NCBI RefSeq assembly: GCF_048593235.1
Contig: NC_133619.1
Coordinates: 604,664,558 to 604,728,557, forward strand
Source: Sminthopsis crassicaudata
Lineage: Eukaryota
Direction of reading: 5' to 3'
DNA: 64,000 bases
This document shows, piece after piece, positions 22,050 through 36,423 of the stretch. Each line of letters begins with the position of its first letter. Position 1 is the first letter of the stretch. Under the pieces are notes generated by a model that was not told where the DNA came from, did not search any database, and saw only the letters and a list, made by a program, of their open reading frames with translations. The position numbers were made by a program, and so were the translations under genes.

Positions 22050-22830
22050 TATCTTCCAGGTCCCCACTTCCCAGCCCCGCCCCCCGGAGCTCACGCGCAG
22101 GCCAGGCAGCGGTGGTTGCCTCCCCCGGGCAGGTCGGGGTCCGGCTCGGCGTTGGGCTGGGGCCGGCGGGCTGCGCTGTCGGGCCGCAGGTCCCGGTGGA
22201 TCTCGTCCAGGTCTGGCCGCCGCCGCTTGGCCTTCAGCTGGCGAGCCAGGGAGTGCGCGCGGTGCGCGCCGGTGCGCCGGGATCGGGCCATGGCTTTACG
22301 GGGATAAGGCTCTGGGCTTGAGGCAGCCGGGGTCCACGTGAAGCCGACTTCCGGGCCGGGTGGGTGACGTCTTGGGGCGGGGCTCAGCTGGCCTCTCGGC
22401 TCGAGCGCCCTCCGGCGGACCGGCGGGGCGCTGCAGCGGGCGGGGTCTCGTTCCCCGTCCCCAAACGCCCCATCCGCGCTTCCCGCGCTGAGTGGCTTCT
22501 CGGGCAGAATGGAAGGAGGGGGAGCGTGTCCCTGCGCACGTCTCGCGCCCCCGCCACGCCTCCCCCGGCCCTCGGGGCCTAACGGAACGATGCTGAGCCT
22601 TATTTCCCCTACTTGCAGCCGTTTCTCCGGGCAGCATTTATGAAGCGCCTACTGTGCGCGGGGCAGCCGAGTGACGCAGCTGGCGACCTTCCTTAGTTGT
22701 CACATGAGCCGGAGAAGGGAACGGCAGCCACCGCTTTTGCCGAGAACGCCCGGGGGTTTGTGACTACTGGACACGACTGAACAACTACTGTGTGCGAGGC
22801 GCCGCTTTTAGCTCTAGGGACACAAAAAGA
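22050..22830. promoter_or_regulatory. ZNF593: CpG island / ZNF593 promoter
   Basis: Very CpG-rich; within 50 bp it carries CACGTG (22335-22340), ACTTCCGG ETS/GABP-type (22347-22354), TGACGTCT CRE-like (22365-22372) and GGGGCGGGG GC box (22374-22382). Confidence 0.85.
22095..22291 (-). CDS. ZNF593: ZNF593 exon 1 (Bud20-like zinc finger protein, 60S ribosome maturation factor)
   Basis: gccATGG start; [32 protein letters not shown]...HRCLAC; GTGAGC donor; three exons sum to 402 nt = 133 aa plus stop. Confidence 0.97.
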
Positions 22831-24302
22831 AAGTCCACATTCATGAACCACCTACTGTGTGCCAGCTCTGTGCTAAGCCTGGGAATAAAAGGGAGGCAAA
22901 GGGCGGCGCCCAGAGCGCTAGGGGGCAGCCTACATGCAAGCGCACACAAAGGGCCCCCGGGTACAGTTTTGTTTGTTTTGGAGGCGAGGCTTAAGTGACT
23001 AGTCGGAAGCGTCGGGTCCTTCGGACTCCCGACGTGCAGTCTGACGGGGGATGATTAGAAGAGAGGGGGGTTGGGAAAGGCGAGTTTGAGGGAAAGAAGC
23101 CACGGAGTTCTGCAGTGAGAGGGAAGGGGGGAGGTCACGTTCATGGAACAGCCAGGTGGTCAGCACTAGTGATGGAGGAGCACGGAGGGGGCAATAAAGT
23201 TGGGGGGGGCTGGGGAGGTGGGAGGAACCAGGAGATCATTTCGTATTCGTTCCTGGAGGCAAGAGGGAGTGTTTGGAAAGCGGGTGTCTGGTCAGTTTGA
23301 GCTTTCGGACAATCCTCTAGTGGCTGAGCGGAGGGCGGGGCTGAAGTAGGCTCAGTTTCCTCAGCTGTAAAATGGGGATAATAAGAGCTCCTGTCTCCCA
23401 GAAACGTGGAGTGGATCAAATGAGGCAACAGCTGTGAAAGCCTTAAAGCTCATACAGAATGTCAGCCGGGGAGGAAACGCCCTCTGAAATGCAGATCGGC
23501 GTATGCCCTGCAATGTCTCCTGGGCAACTGAGAGGTTGAGCTAGGCAGGTTCATGCGGCCAGAATGTAGCTCGCTGGGACTTGAATCTCCCGGATCCGGC
23601 CCTTTAACCACTATTGCCCGCTCAGATACCAAGCGCATCCCAAGGGGATAAACATGAGTTTTTAATTTTTATAATGGGTGAGAGATATTGTAGATAGGCT
23701 TGAGCTAGGCAGAGTCCTTATTGGCCCCAGTGCTGCTCCAGTCTGCCCCTGTTCCAGCCGATCTACGTTCTGACTAAAATCTGCCCAGAGTCTGCCAATA
23801 ACATTAAAGTTTGCTATTTATAAGAGACACACGGAGAAACATAATGACATTCTGTATCAAGAACTGTGCTTGCGGTCAGAATTGAATGAAAGAATCAATG
23901 AATAAAAAAAAAAATGCCTAGTAAACGTTGTTTGCTAAGCACTAGGGGAGTTCTGGAGTTCAGTCCTGCTTCGTGTACGTCTCAGCTGCGGGACGCTGGG
24001 CAGCTCGCTCCAACACTCCGAGCTTCCACTCCCAATGTCTGTGCCTTATCAAATGCTTCTGGGAACAGAGTTCCTAACCAGACCAAAACCCAAGCCCCTG
24101 CCCTGTTGACTGGTACAGTGTAGCCCTTGAAATGACATTGACTTTATCCCTAAGAGCACCTGGAGAAGAGGTGGGTTCCTTCACTTTGGAGGTCTGAGCA
24201 AAGGATGGAGTCCACTTGTGGGGTATATTGTTCTGAGAATTTCTTGTAGGCCTGGGTTAGATTAGATGGCTGGTCACCAAGGTCCCTGCTGACTCTCAAA
24301 TT

Positions 24303-24496
24303 NNNNNNNNNNNNNNNNNNNNNNNNNNNNNNNNNNNNNNNNNNNNNNNNNNNNNNNNNNNNNNNNNNNNNNNNNNNNNNNNNNNNNNNNNNNNNNNNNN
24401 NNNNNNNNNNNNNNNNNNNNNNNNNNNNNNNNNNNNNNNNNNNNNNNNNNNNNNNNNNNNNNNNNNNNNNNNNNNNNNNNNNNNNNNNNNNNNNNN
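24303..24496. other. N-run
   Basis: Run of N. Confidence 0.99.
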
Positions 24497-25770
24497 CTCT
24501 CAAATAGCTTAAGTTACTCAAGATGTGATCTTAACTAGGGCAGAGAATTGCAGGATTGTTCAGCCCTTCCCCACTTAATTACAGCTGGAAATTGCAGTTA
24601 GTTACGATGGCCCCCCTGCCAAGTTGGGTTGTTAGACTATATAACATCCTTAAAAGAAAGACCTGGATGGTTCCCCGTCTAGTTCTGAGCATCCCGCCTT
24701 GGTAATGCAGTCTCAGGTGCTTAATTCAGGTTTTATTGCATTAAATAGGACACCATCCAGGCAATGAGAAGCTTGAAGTCCATGAAGCTCCCTGGGGGTT
24801 TTTCCCATGAGCCCATATTGTCTCATTCTTCTGTTTTACACGTGTGTAGGAGTTGAAGACTAATAGCACACAGGGATGAAACCCCTGAGATGCTTATGGC
24901 AAATGGGATGTGGGGGAGGGTGACTTTGGTCTCAATCAGGACAAGGGGGAGGAGAATTCTCATGGGAGAATCCCTCCCTGAAGCTCCAGGGAATAAATGT
25001 TTTTAGGGCTGAGACCTGCCCCTTATATCAGTCCCAGCCTAATAGGCAAAGATTTGGGGAGGAGAAGATGAGGTAGGAAGCAAGGGAAAGGAGCCTCGAT
25101 CTAGCTCCAGCTCCGTGTCCCCAGGGCCTAATTCCTCTTAAAAGGGGAGAAACCAAAGCTGGAGTGAGTGGCAGTCAGGGACTCAGAAATAATTCAGAGA
25201 CTTGGGCTATTTGGAGCTGGTTGCCAGGAGACAGGGTCACAGGGCTGAGTGTCCCCACTCTAGGAAGGGGGAATCAGTTACGGATCCAGACAATGCTGTG
25301 AAATATGAGACTAGGGCATTGGTGGCTCCAGGGGCTGAGGGGCCTGCCTAGGACCCTGATCATCAAATATTAGCCAGGTCCTTATGGCTAAGCAGGGGCA
25401 ATAGACAGGACCTCACTGGGAATGAAAAAAGTATGCCCAATGACCAGCAGGTTGGATTTTTTAAAGAGGACTTGCAATTGAATTGGGGAATACTTATCCT
25501 AAGGCTGGAGAGTAATGAGATGAGAAGGACTGGGGGAAAGTTTCTCCTGAACCCTTCCTGTCTCATCCCAGGGAGATGACTAGAAGCTTCCAGTCATCTT
25601 GGGACCTACAGCTTCCACAGATGAGCAGAAGGAAGATGGGGGTCCCTATCTCCACCCAGATCAGATTCCCACTCCACGGCACTGGGCCAGGCAGGGAAAG
25701 CTGGTTTATCTTTAATGAGGTCATCTGATCCCAGAGGGCAAGAGCCAGGCCCAGTCAAGTGGCCTTGTGA

Positions 25771-25965
<195 letters not shown>

Positions 25966-26120
25966 TAGGAGGGGGGGGGGGAGGAAAAAGAGGAAAAGGA
26001 AGCTGATGGTGGTGTGGAAAGGGCAATGGACTGGCATTTCAGGGGCTGGGATTGGGTTCCTGGCTGGGCTACTCCTCACTTGCTGTGAGATCTGAAGCAA
26101 ATCAGGCTGTCTCTGACTCA

Positions 26121-26123
26121 GTA

Positions 26124-26166
<43 letters not shown>

Positions 26167-26167
26167 G
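26121..26167. repeat. (AAT)n microsatellite
   Basis: About 15 AAT units. Confidence 0.95.
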
Positions 26168-26469
26168 TATTAAGTGCCTAATATTGCCAGGTATTGTGCT
26201 ACATCAAAAAAGTGAGAACTGTTCTATTACATCAGAATTTCTTAAAGTGTGGGAGACTTTTGGAGGTCTCCAAGACCTTTTTGGGAGATCTACAAAGTTG
26301 AGATGATTTTTATAAAACAAACATGTTTTAATTTCCAATATGGGAAATATCAATACAATCCACACAAACAAAAATTATTTGAGGGGGATGCAATCCACAA
26401 TATTTTTTAAGAACAGCAAAGGGGTCCTGAGATCAGAAATTCTGAGTTAGAGAATTTCTCAGATCTTTA

Positions 26470-26640
26470 GAATTGTTCTCTGGTCCATTCTAGCTTTGAC
26501 ATTCTGTGTTTTAAGGTCCTTCTAACTCTGAATTCTATGTTCTAAGGTCTCTTTCCAGCTCTTATCTGCCATGTTCTAAGGTCTCTTCGCAGTTCTGATA
26601 TTTCATGTTCTAAGGCCCCTACAGCTCTGACATTTTATAA
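26470..26640. repeat. Degenerate array of the same SINE-tail motif in C1orf232 intron 1
   Basis: Repeated ttctaaggt(c)ncttccagctctga(c/t)attct. Confidence 0.7.
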
Positions 26641-28057
26641 CAAAAGGCATTGAGAAAGGGAAAGAAGGAAACTAGGGAAAGGAAATAGGAACAAGATAGG
26701 ACAATAGGGAAGGGAAAGCAGGAAATAGGGAGAAAGGCATGGATGGAGAAGATAAGAAAGGGAAGGGGAAGGGCAGGGAGAGAGGGCCCTTAGGCTTCAG
26801 GGAGACAGATATCTTCCCAGGGGAGGTTGGGATGGGTGCCAGATTTGACTTGGAAGAACACCAGCTGGGGACATAGAGGCCAATGTACCTTTAGAGTTTC
26901 TAATCAATTCTGACCCAGACTCTTTGTCTTGACATCAGAGATGGGATACTCCAGTCCTTCCCAGACGTATTATTCCCGTTGTAGACACTCCTTCTAACAA
27001 CCCATTCCTGCCTGCTCCACCCCTGTGACTTTTGTCCAAGGCTCCCATAAATCCTGCCTTGTCAAGAATGCTTCTAGGGGAAGGGGTCCACCAACATGCT
27101 TGACTTTGCCTAGAGAGCATAAAGAGATCCTGGGGGAAAAGGGGCTACTAGCCTGCAATGGGGAAGGAATAGTCATCATCATTAGGAAACTCTTTGAATT
27201 TGTCTGGGGCCTGAGCTCAGCAGGGGTCTGTGTGAGCTGATTGCCAGTGAGTGAAGGGAAAGCCTGCCCATAAACACACAGTTGGGTGCTGTGGAGGGAG
27301 CACTGAATTCAAAAGCAAAAAAACTTGGGTTCTAGAGTTCTCTCTCATACTGGTTTGTGACTTTGGATAAATCTATAAAATAATACGATTAAATGATTCC
27401 TGCACTTTCCCCCCACTTTATATGAAGTATATAGAAGCACAGATGATGAGAGCTAGAAAGGAATTTGGAAAATATAAATCCCTCATTTGCAGATGAGAAA
27501 GTGAAGGCCCATAGAGATGAGACTTCACACAGCAGGTGGGCAGAGCTTGTTCTACCGAACCCTGGTGCTCTCACATGCACAGGCTCTCACATTGACAGGT
27601 ATGGGTAGCTGGGTAGGTACAGTCAGTCAGATGCCTAATCAGCATTTATTAAGCATTTACTATGTCAGGTAACAATGTGGCTCAGGGGATAGAGTCTAGA
27701 GACAGGACACCTGAGTTCAAATGTGGCCTCAGACACTTACCAGCTGTGTAAGCCTGGGCAAGTCACTTTACCCTGCTTGCCTCGGTTTCCTCATCTGTAA
27801 AATGAGCTGGAGGAAGAAATGGCAAACTGCTTCAATATGTTTGCCAAGAAACCCCCAAAGGGGGGTCATGAAGGGTCATACACACGAGAAAATATGTGTC
27901 AGGTGTTATACAAAGTTAGTCCCTCAAGTTCTCAGTCTAATAGAGGAGACAACATGCAAACAACTCTGTACAAACTAGATACACAGGGTCTTTGTTGCAA
28001 AGGCCTTGAGCTTATTAAAGCTTAAAGTCACACTAAGATATTTGGGACATTCTCAGT

Positions 28058-28099
28058 GTGTATGTGTGTGTGTATATACATATATATATATATATGTGT

Positions 28100-28150
<51 letters not shown>
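28058..28150. repeat. (TG)n/(TA)n compound microsatellite
   Basis: Visible dinucleotide runs. Confidence 0.95.
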
Positions 28151-28452
28151 ACAATGCAGCAGAATGGGGTAGATCTGGAGGGAGACAGGTGTGGGTTGAA
28201 GGGGGTAGTCTGTGTATTTGTACATGAGGGAAGAGAAGAGATGAGATCATGGGAAGGGAAGGGAAGATGGAATTATGTGTAGGAGAGAGAAATAAATATG
28301 AGGGGACCGATTGGGTGGGCAGGATGTGTGTGTGTCTGTGTGCGCGCGCATGTATGTGTGTGTGGAAGGAGAGAGAGAGGGAGAGGAGACAGAGAGACAG
28401 ACAGAGAGGGAGGGAGAGAGAGACACACACATACACAGACAGACAGACACGG

Positions 28453-28601
28453 NNNNNNNNNNNNNNNNNNNNNNNNNNNNNNNNNNNNNNNNNNNNNNNN
28501 NNNNNNNNNNNNNNNNNNNNNNNNNNNNNNNNNNNNNNNNNNNNNNNNNNNNNNNNNNNNNNNNNNNNNNNNNNNNNNNNNNNNNNNNNNNNNNNNNNNN
28601 N
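28453..28601. other. N-run next to a GA/CA microsatellite
   Basis: Run of N. Confidence 0.99.
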
Positions 28602-28700
28602 TCTAGAGGTAAGATCATGTGTAAGAGGAGGATGAGGAAGGAGATGGGGATGTCTGTGTGTGTGCCTCTCTCACAGCTGGGCTTGGGGCTTGTGTCACAG

Positions 28701-28784
28701 ACAGAGAGTCCAGTGCTAGCAGAGCAGGAAGATGTGCAGCTGACAGAGGAGGCCAGCAATCCCATGTCTCAGCTGGCCCGAAGG
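28701..28784 (+). CDS. C1orf232: C1orf232 coding exon 2 (TESPVLAEQEDVQLTEEASNPMSQLARR)
   Basis: gtcacag acceptor, AGG|GTAAGA donor, 84 nt, conserved NPMSQLARR. Confidence 0.92.
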
Positions 28785-28788
28785 GTAA

Positions 28789-29109
<321 letters not shown>

Positions 29110-30075
29110 TAGGAAGGGATTGGGAAGCGGGTGGATGTCCAAGACACATGGCTCCTGCTAACCTCAGGCTGGGGGTGGGGAGAAGGGAAGGGGCCTTTGG
29201 TATCTGCAGCTCAGCTTCTTCCCTCATTGTCCTTTCCAAGTACAGCCTGAGTCTGGCTTTGGGTCTCTGTGCCTGTGTCTGGGGCCTAGTCCAAGCCTGA
29301 GTGAAGGTATTATTCTCCCTCCAGGGAACAAGTTGATGGCTGCTCTGGAGGAGGTTGCTCTGCTGCTTGACCTTGTGGAGGGTTGACCTGCCAAAGCCTA
29401 GCTGGGCAACCTCTTCCCTCAATCACCTGGAAAAGTGCTACCAAGTCCAGGGACAAAGGATAGAATAGATGATCTTTTAGTGACCTTCTTTCCTAATAGG
29501 AATTGATCCTTGGAAACAGGATCAATTCATCTACCTGAGCTCTTGACTTCCTAGCCTTCTGCCCATCCTTTCCACTGGATGACCCTGTCCACATCTGTCT
29601 CTCCTTGGACACAGACTCCCCCCTCCTCCACATCTTTCCTCCTCTATCTCTACAACCTCATCTGAGTTCCCCCCTCCCCCCCTCCATCTCCATCTCTCCC
29701 CTTTTCAGATCCCTCCCTATTTGTCTTCAATGAACAAATACTCTTTTTCTCTAAAGCTAATGCATTCTCTTCCCCATCCACAACATATACATCTCCAGGG
29801 CCCTCCCCTACATGTGTCCTAATACCCACCATCCTTGCACATACTCCCCTCCCCTCCTCTCTCCTCAAAGCCCCCCTTTTCCCTTGCCACTTCCATCTCT
29901 CTTCTCTCATACTTACTCCCCATTACAAAATCAGACTTTGAGTTGGAAGGGATCTTAGTGACCGCTTAGTTCAACCCCCACCCCAAAGGAATAGAAACTT
30001 GGGCCTGGAGTTAGGAAGACCTGGATTCCAAATGCTGCCTCAAGACATTTCCTAGTTATTGGTCTTGGGCAATGA

Positions 30076-30510
<435 letters not shown>

Positions 30511-31058
30511 ATGCCCACCCCCTCTCAGAGGGCCCTCTAGGACCAAGAGCTCCTGCTGTCCCCGTGCTTCTCTGTCCCTCACAGCCATGGGTCCCGGTAC
30601 AAGGGGACAGAGACCTAGGGCTGGGGAAGGTGGGTGCCCATATCACGCCTGCCCCATGAAGATACTTTCTCCGTTCTTGACCTTACGCCTCCTCAAACTC
30701 CTGGAACAAACTCCCTCCCAGATAGGGCGCAATAAGAGTGTGCAATAAGAGACTTCAGGAAGAGGATATGGGAAAAGCTGGCCACTGATCCCCTTTTACT
30801 TCATTTTCCCATCCCACCGTGAGCCCAGGCTAGAAAGGCAAATAACAATAGCAGCCATCTCTAGGTATAGAGTGAGATTATTTATGTGCGGCACTTTGGA
30901 ACCTTAATTCAATATATAAATGTTATCTATATCACCATCATTATTATCATGATTCTCTAAGAGCCCTTCCTGAGTCCATCAGAAATGAATACGAGGATCC
31001 TCAGCAGCTACTTTCTCACTCAACATCCTCCATCCATCCCAATATAGAACCAGACTTA

Positions 31059-31076
31059 AATAAAATCTACTTTATT
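31059..31076. terminator. Back-to-back poly(A) signals: AATAAA on plus (31059-31064) and AATAAA on minus (31071-31076)
   Basis: Sequence AATAAA-atctac-TTTATT between the converging C1orf232 and FAM110D 3' ends. Confidence 0.7.
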
Positions 31077-31335
31077 TAGCATGTCTCCAGGACACAGCCC
31101 CAATATCCCAACATACCTCCCAGACCCACTCCTCAGACCAAGCCTCCACAGAGGCCATGGGGTTACCCTCCCTCTCCCCAATTACTCCAACCTGGGTCCT
31201 GCCCCCTCAGCCAGAGCATCAGGCCTGGAACATCAGTGCTTTCCCACAGACAATGACTTGCTCCCTCTATGACCCCTGGGGTCTTTGCCATCCTAATAGG
31301 CAGGGAAGAGCCCAGCTCCTATACCCACTGTCCCT

Positions 31336-32259
<924 letters not shown>

Positions 32260-34302
32260 CTAAGAGTGGAGCTTCCTAAAAAAAGCATCCTGGGGAGGCA
32301 TGAAGGCACTCAGGGGCCATCTCCTCATTTAACTGAAACCAAATGACTGTGCCCAAGGTCATTGAGTTAATCTGCGGCAAAGCCAAGGTCTGAACCTGGT
32401 TTTTTCCAAGTTTGGCTGTGGCTGAAGGGGCCAGAGTGACCAGGAATTGATCCTGGGTCAGGTGACTAGAGATCTACACCCCCAAGTCTTCCCAGTCACC
32501 CCATACCAAGCAGGGCCATGGGGGGGGCACATTCCTGAGCTGGGTGGGAGCTCAGCAGGAATAAAAAGAGACAGCTCCCATCTTCCAAGGCCTCACCCAG
32601 CCCAAATCCCGAAAGTGGCTCCAACCGGAAAAAATACCTCTTTCCAGCCTCAAAACTTCAGAGGCCAAGACAAAGCTGTCCACTCGGGGCTCCCGGGCCC
32701 AGCCACCCTCCCAGCCGGCCCCTCCTGCCTCCCGCCTCCACTGAGGTCCAGGATGTAACCACAGGGCGGGAGCCTCTAGTAATCATAGCTGGCCAGGACC
32801 TGCCCAGGCCCTTCCTGGACATTTAAAGGAGGGGAGGGGAGCAGTTCACCAGGGTCAACTCATACAGTCCCCTGCCTCCAGACAGACTCCTCATTCTTTC
32901 TCACTCCGGCTTTCCTGTTTAGACGTTATATCTCATATTTCTTTCCTGTTGGAAGTATGTCTCTTCTCTTGTCTGTTTTTTATTTTTCTCATTTTCTTGA
33001 TCCTCTCTAATTCTAAATCCTACAATTCCCAAACTCTCCCTACTACCCTGGCTCCCCCCACCTCTCCCTCCAATATTCATCCCTACTGCAGTAACTCATT
33101 TTCCCCTTTCTGGATCTGTTGGGCTAGCAGCCCCGTGGTGACCCTAAATATCTATCAGGAAGTGGTCACTCATCTTTCCACTCCAGAGCTTTGTATTCAG
33201 GGCATGCTGCGTCTCTGAGAACTACAGAACCCCTGTGACCCCCTAACCTGACCTCCCAGCCACCCCACTCTCCATTGGGCTTCTGCAGAGGGAGGGCAGC
33301 TGGGCAAGAGGGGCTGTAAATCAACTCCTGACAGGTCCAGAAGTAGCCCCCAGGGCTTCCAAGTAGGACAGGGACCCGGCCACCCACATGGCTCCAATCC
33401 TCATATCCTGCCCCTTTACCACCAGCTTGGGGAGGAGAAAGAGGAGGAGGAGGAAACAGATGAGACCTCTGAGTGGGGCATAGGGAGAGGGCAGCAAAGG
33501 ACATATTGGCAGGCAGGCAGAAGAAAAAGAGAATGTACCCCAACCAGGGCATATGGGGAGAGTGTCCCCTTCCATAAGCACCCGTCCAGCTGCCCCATCT
33601 TTCTCTCTTCAAAGCTCCCAGCCCCTGACCCCAACAGGAGAGGAGGGGGGCGGAGGCAGGGGAGGGAAGAGGGCGGACACATAAATAGAGAGGAGACAAA
33701 GAAACACAGACTAGGGGGGGCAGAGAGTCAAGTGGTTGGGGGAGGCAACGGACTGAAGTGGGGTCAGATGTTAAGTCCTCTTAGTTCAGCTGTCTCAGAC
33801 TTCCCCGGTATCAGAAAGAATGCACTTCAAACCCACAGGGACGGGGGTCGGAATGAGGGAGGGGGTGCACTTCGAGACCCAGTTCAGTACCAAAAGGGAA
33901 CCCAACAAATCTACCCCCAACCCTGACCTTCGCGGGCCCTAAAGGGGCCAGGGGGCATAGACCCAGGTACTTGGCCAGGGCAAGCCTGTACCCACCCTTT
34001 CCCCTTCCCACCCCTCCCCAGTGAACGTCTAAGCTTCAAGTAGTGAGCTATAAAAAGCGCCAAACTACTGGCTTTTTCTAATCACAGGACCCAAAATACT
34101 TCGCTGCCCACCCCTCTCCTCCCAGCTACTCCCTTCGCTTCTCCGAGCCAGCCGCAGACAACTCGCAACAGGGGTTATCGGAGGGTCCCCAGTTCTTTCC
34201 AGCATCCGGACCTCAGGATGCCCGCTGCCGACGCACCTCCCGAAGACAATGTCCAGTAGCTCTCCTGCCCCAAGGGAATGGTGGGAAGGGTGTGATACTC
34301 AC

Positions 34303-34560
34303 CTCTCAGAAGATCAGAAGTGAAACAAGAGAGCACGCACAAACTCAGGCAGACTGGAAGGACAGAAGTAACTGAGGCAGAAAGTAACCCATCCCCTACT
34401 CTCCTCCTCCCAGCAGGAAAGGTTTGGTCTTTAGAGTCCCTGGATTAACCCCTCCTTCTCCGCTAGCCCAGCCTCCATTAACCCCCTCCTTCCCCTCCGC
34501 CAGGATGACCAGTGGGTCTCTGTTATTTCCTTCCTCCGCTGGTTAGCACCACATCAGGAA
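34303..34560 (-). promoter_or_regulatory. FAM110D: Probable non-coding first exon and promoter of FAM110D
   Basis: Strong minus-strand donor GAG|GTGAGT at 34303/34302, giving an intron of about 2.1 kb to the 32205 acceptor; non-repetitive sequence with GGAA motifs; TSS not located. Confidence 0.5.
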
Positions 34561-36274
34561 CTCAGAGGTAGAAGTGACCTTAAGAGTCGTGTAGTCAAAA
34601 ATCCTCATTTAATAATTCCCAACTCAGCAAAGTCCCAGGATATGAAAAAGCAACCACATAAAGTGTGGCTATTTCTAGATAATACCAACAAAGATAGAAA
34701 GAGAAATTCCATTTAAAATACCTGCCATTGATATAAAATACTTGAGAATCTACCTGTCAAGACAAAGCCAGGAATTATATGAACACAACTACAAAACAAT
34801 TTCACACATATAAAATCAGATCTAAATCATTGAAAAAAAATATTAATTTTTTTTCATGGATAGACTGAGCCAATATATAAAAATGACAAACTTACCTAAA
34901 TTAATTTACTCAGTGCCAAAGAAATCATTTTTATAGAGCTGGAAAAAATAATTTAAAAATTCATCTGGAAGAAAAAAATATTAAGAATATTAAAGGGAAT
35001 CATTGGGGGAAAAAAAAAAAGGTGAAATAAAATGGCTTAACAGTACCAGATCTCTTACTGTATTACAAAGTGGCAATCATCAAAACAATCTGGTACTGCC
35101 TAAGAAACAGAGTGATAGATCAGTGGAATAGATTAGGTACACAATACACAGTAGTAAATCCAGTATTTGACAATTCCAAAGATCCAAGTTTTTAGGACAA
35201 GAATTCACTATTTAATAAAAACTTCTGGGAAAACTGGAAAAGTAATTTGACAGAAAGTAAGGATAAATCAACATCTCATAATGCCACTTACCAAAATAAG
35301 GTAAAAATGGGTATTTGATTTAGATATAAGGGATGATAGCATAAGCAAATTAGGGGAGTGTTAAATAGTTTACCCTCCGTATTTTTGGATAAATGAAGAA
35401 TTTATGACCAAATAAGATAGAAAGCATTACAGAATATAAAATGGATAATTTTGATTACATAAAATTAAAAATGTTTTGTACAAATAAAAGGAGTTTACAC
35501 ACAGGCAAAAAATGTAGCCACTATTAGAAGGAAAACAGGCAGTTGGGGAGAGAGCAAATTTCTGTCTCAAAAAATCTCATTTCTGAAATATAGAGAGAAT
35601 GGAGTCAAATTAGAATGCAAAACATTGCCCAACTGATAAATGGTCAAAGGATATGAACAAGTAGTTTCCAGAAGAAGAAATCAAAATTATCAATTATCAC
35701 ATGAAAAAAATGTTTTAAATCACTACTGATTAAAGATAGGCAAATTAAAAGAACTCTGAAACCACTTCACACCTATTAAATTGGCTAATGTGACAGAAAA
35801 TGAAAATGAAAATATTGGAAAGGATATAGAAAAATCAAGACACTAATGAACTGACCCAACCATTCTGGAAAACAATTTGGAACTATACTAAAAGAGCTAT
35901 AAAACTGGGCATATCCTTTAACTGGCAATACCACTATTCAGTGTATACTTTTAAAAGATCAAAGAAAAAGGGGAAAGGATTTACATATACAAAAAATATT
36001 TACAGCAGATCTTTTAGTGGTGGTGAAAAATAGGACATTGAAGGGATGAATTCACTATTCTCAGCAATTCAATGATCCAAGAGAATTTTGAAGGAGTTAA
36101 TGATGAATGATACTTATCCACCTCCAGAGAAAGAACTAATGACATCTAAATGCAGATTGAAACACACCTTATTTTATTTTATTATTCTTGGGTGTTCTTT
36201 TTTCCGCAACATGACTAATATGGAAATGTCTGAGTGACTATATATGTATAATCTATATCAAATTGCTTGCTTTG

Positions 36275-36408
36275 TTTTGGGCAATTAGTGTTAAGTGAAT
36301 TGTCCAGCATCACACAGCTAATAAGTGCTAAGTGTCTGAGGCTGGATTTGAACTCAGATCCTCCTGATTCTAGGGCCAGTGCTCTATCCACTATGCCATC
36401 TAGCTACT
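36275..36408 (-). mobile_element. tRNA-head CORE-SINE inserted in the old L1 tail
   Basis: Reverse complement of gtagctagatggcatagtggatagagcactggcc...gagttcaaatcc. Confidence 0.8.
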
Positions 36409-36423
36409 CCATGCTTACCTTCT

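Noticed and set aside
21496-22341. 281-aa proline-rich ORF antisense to ZNF593
   Set aside because: The strand is extremely C-rich, so stop codons are rare by composition; no recognisable domain, and it overlaps a conserved CDS in antisense
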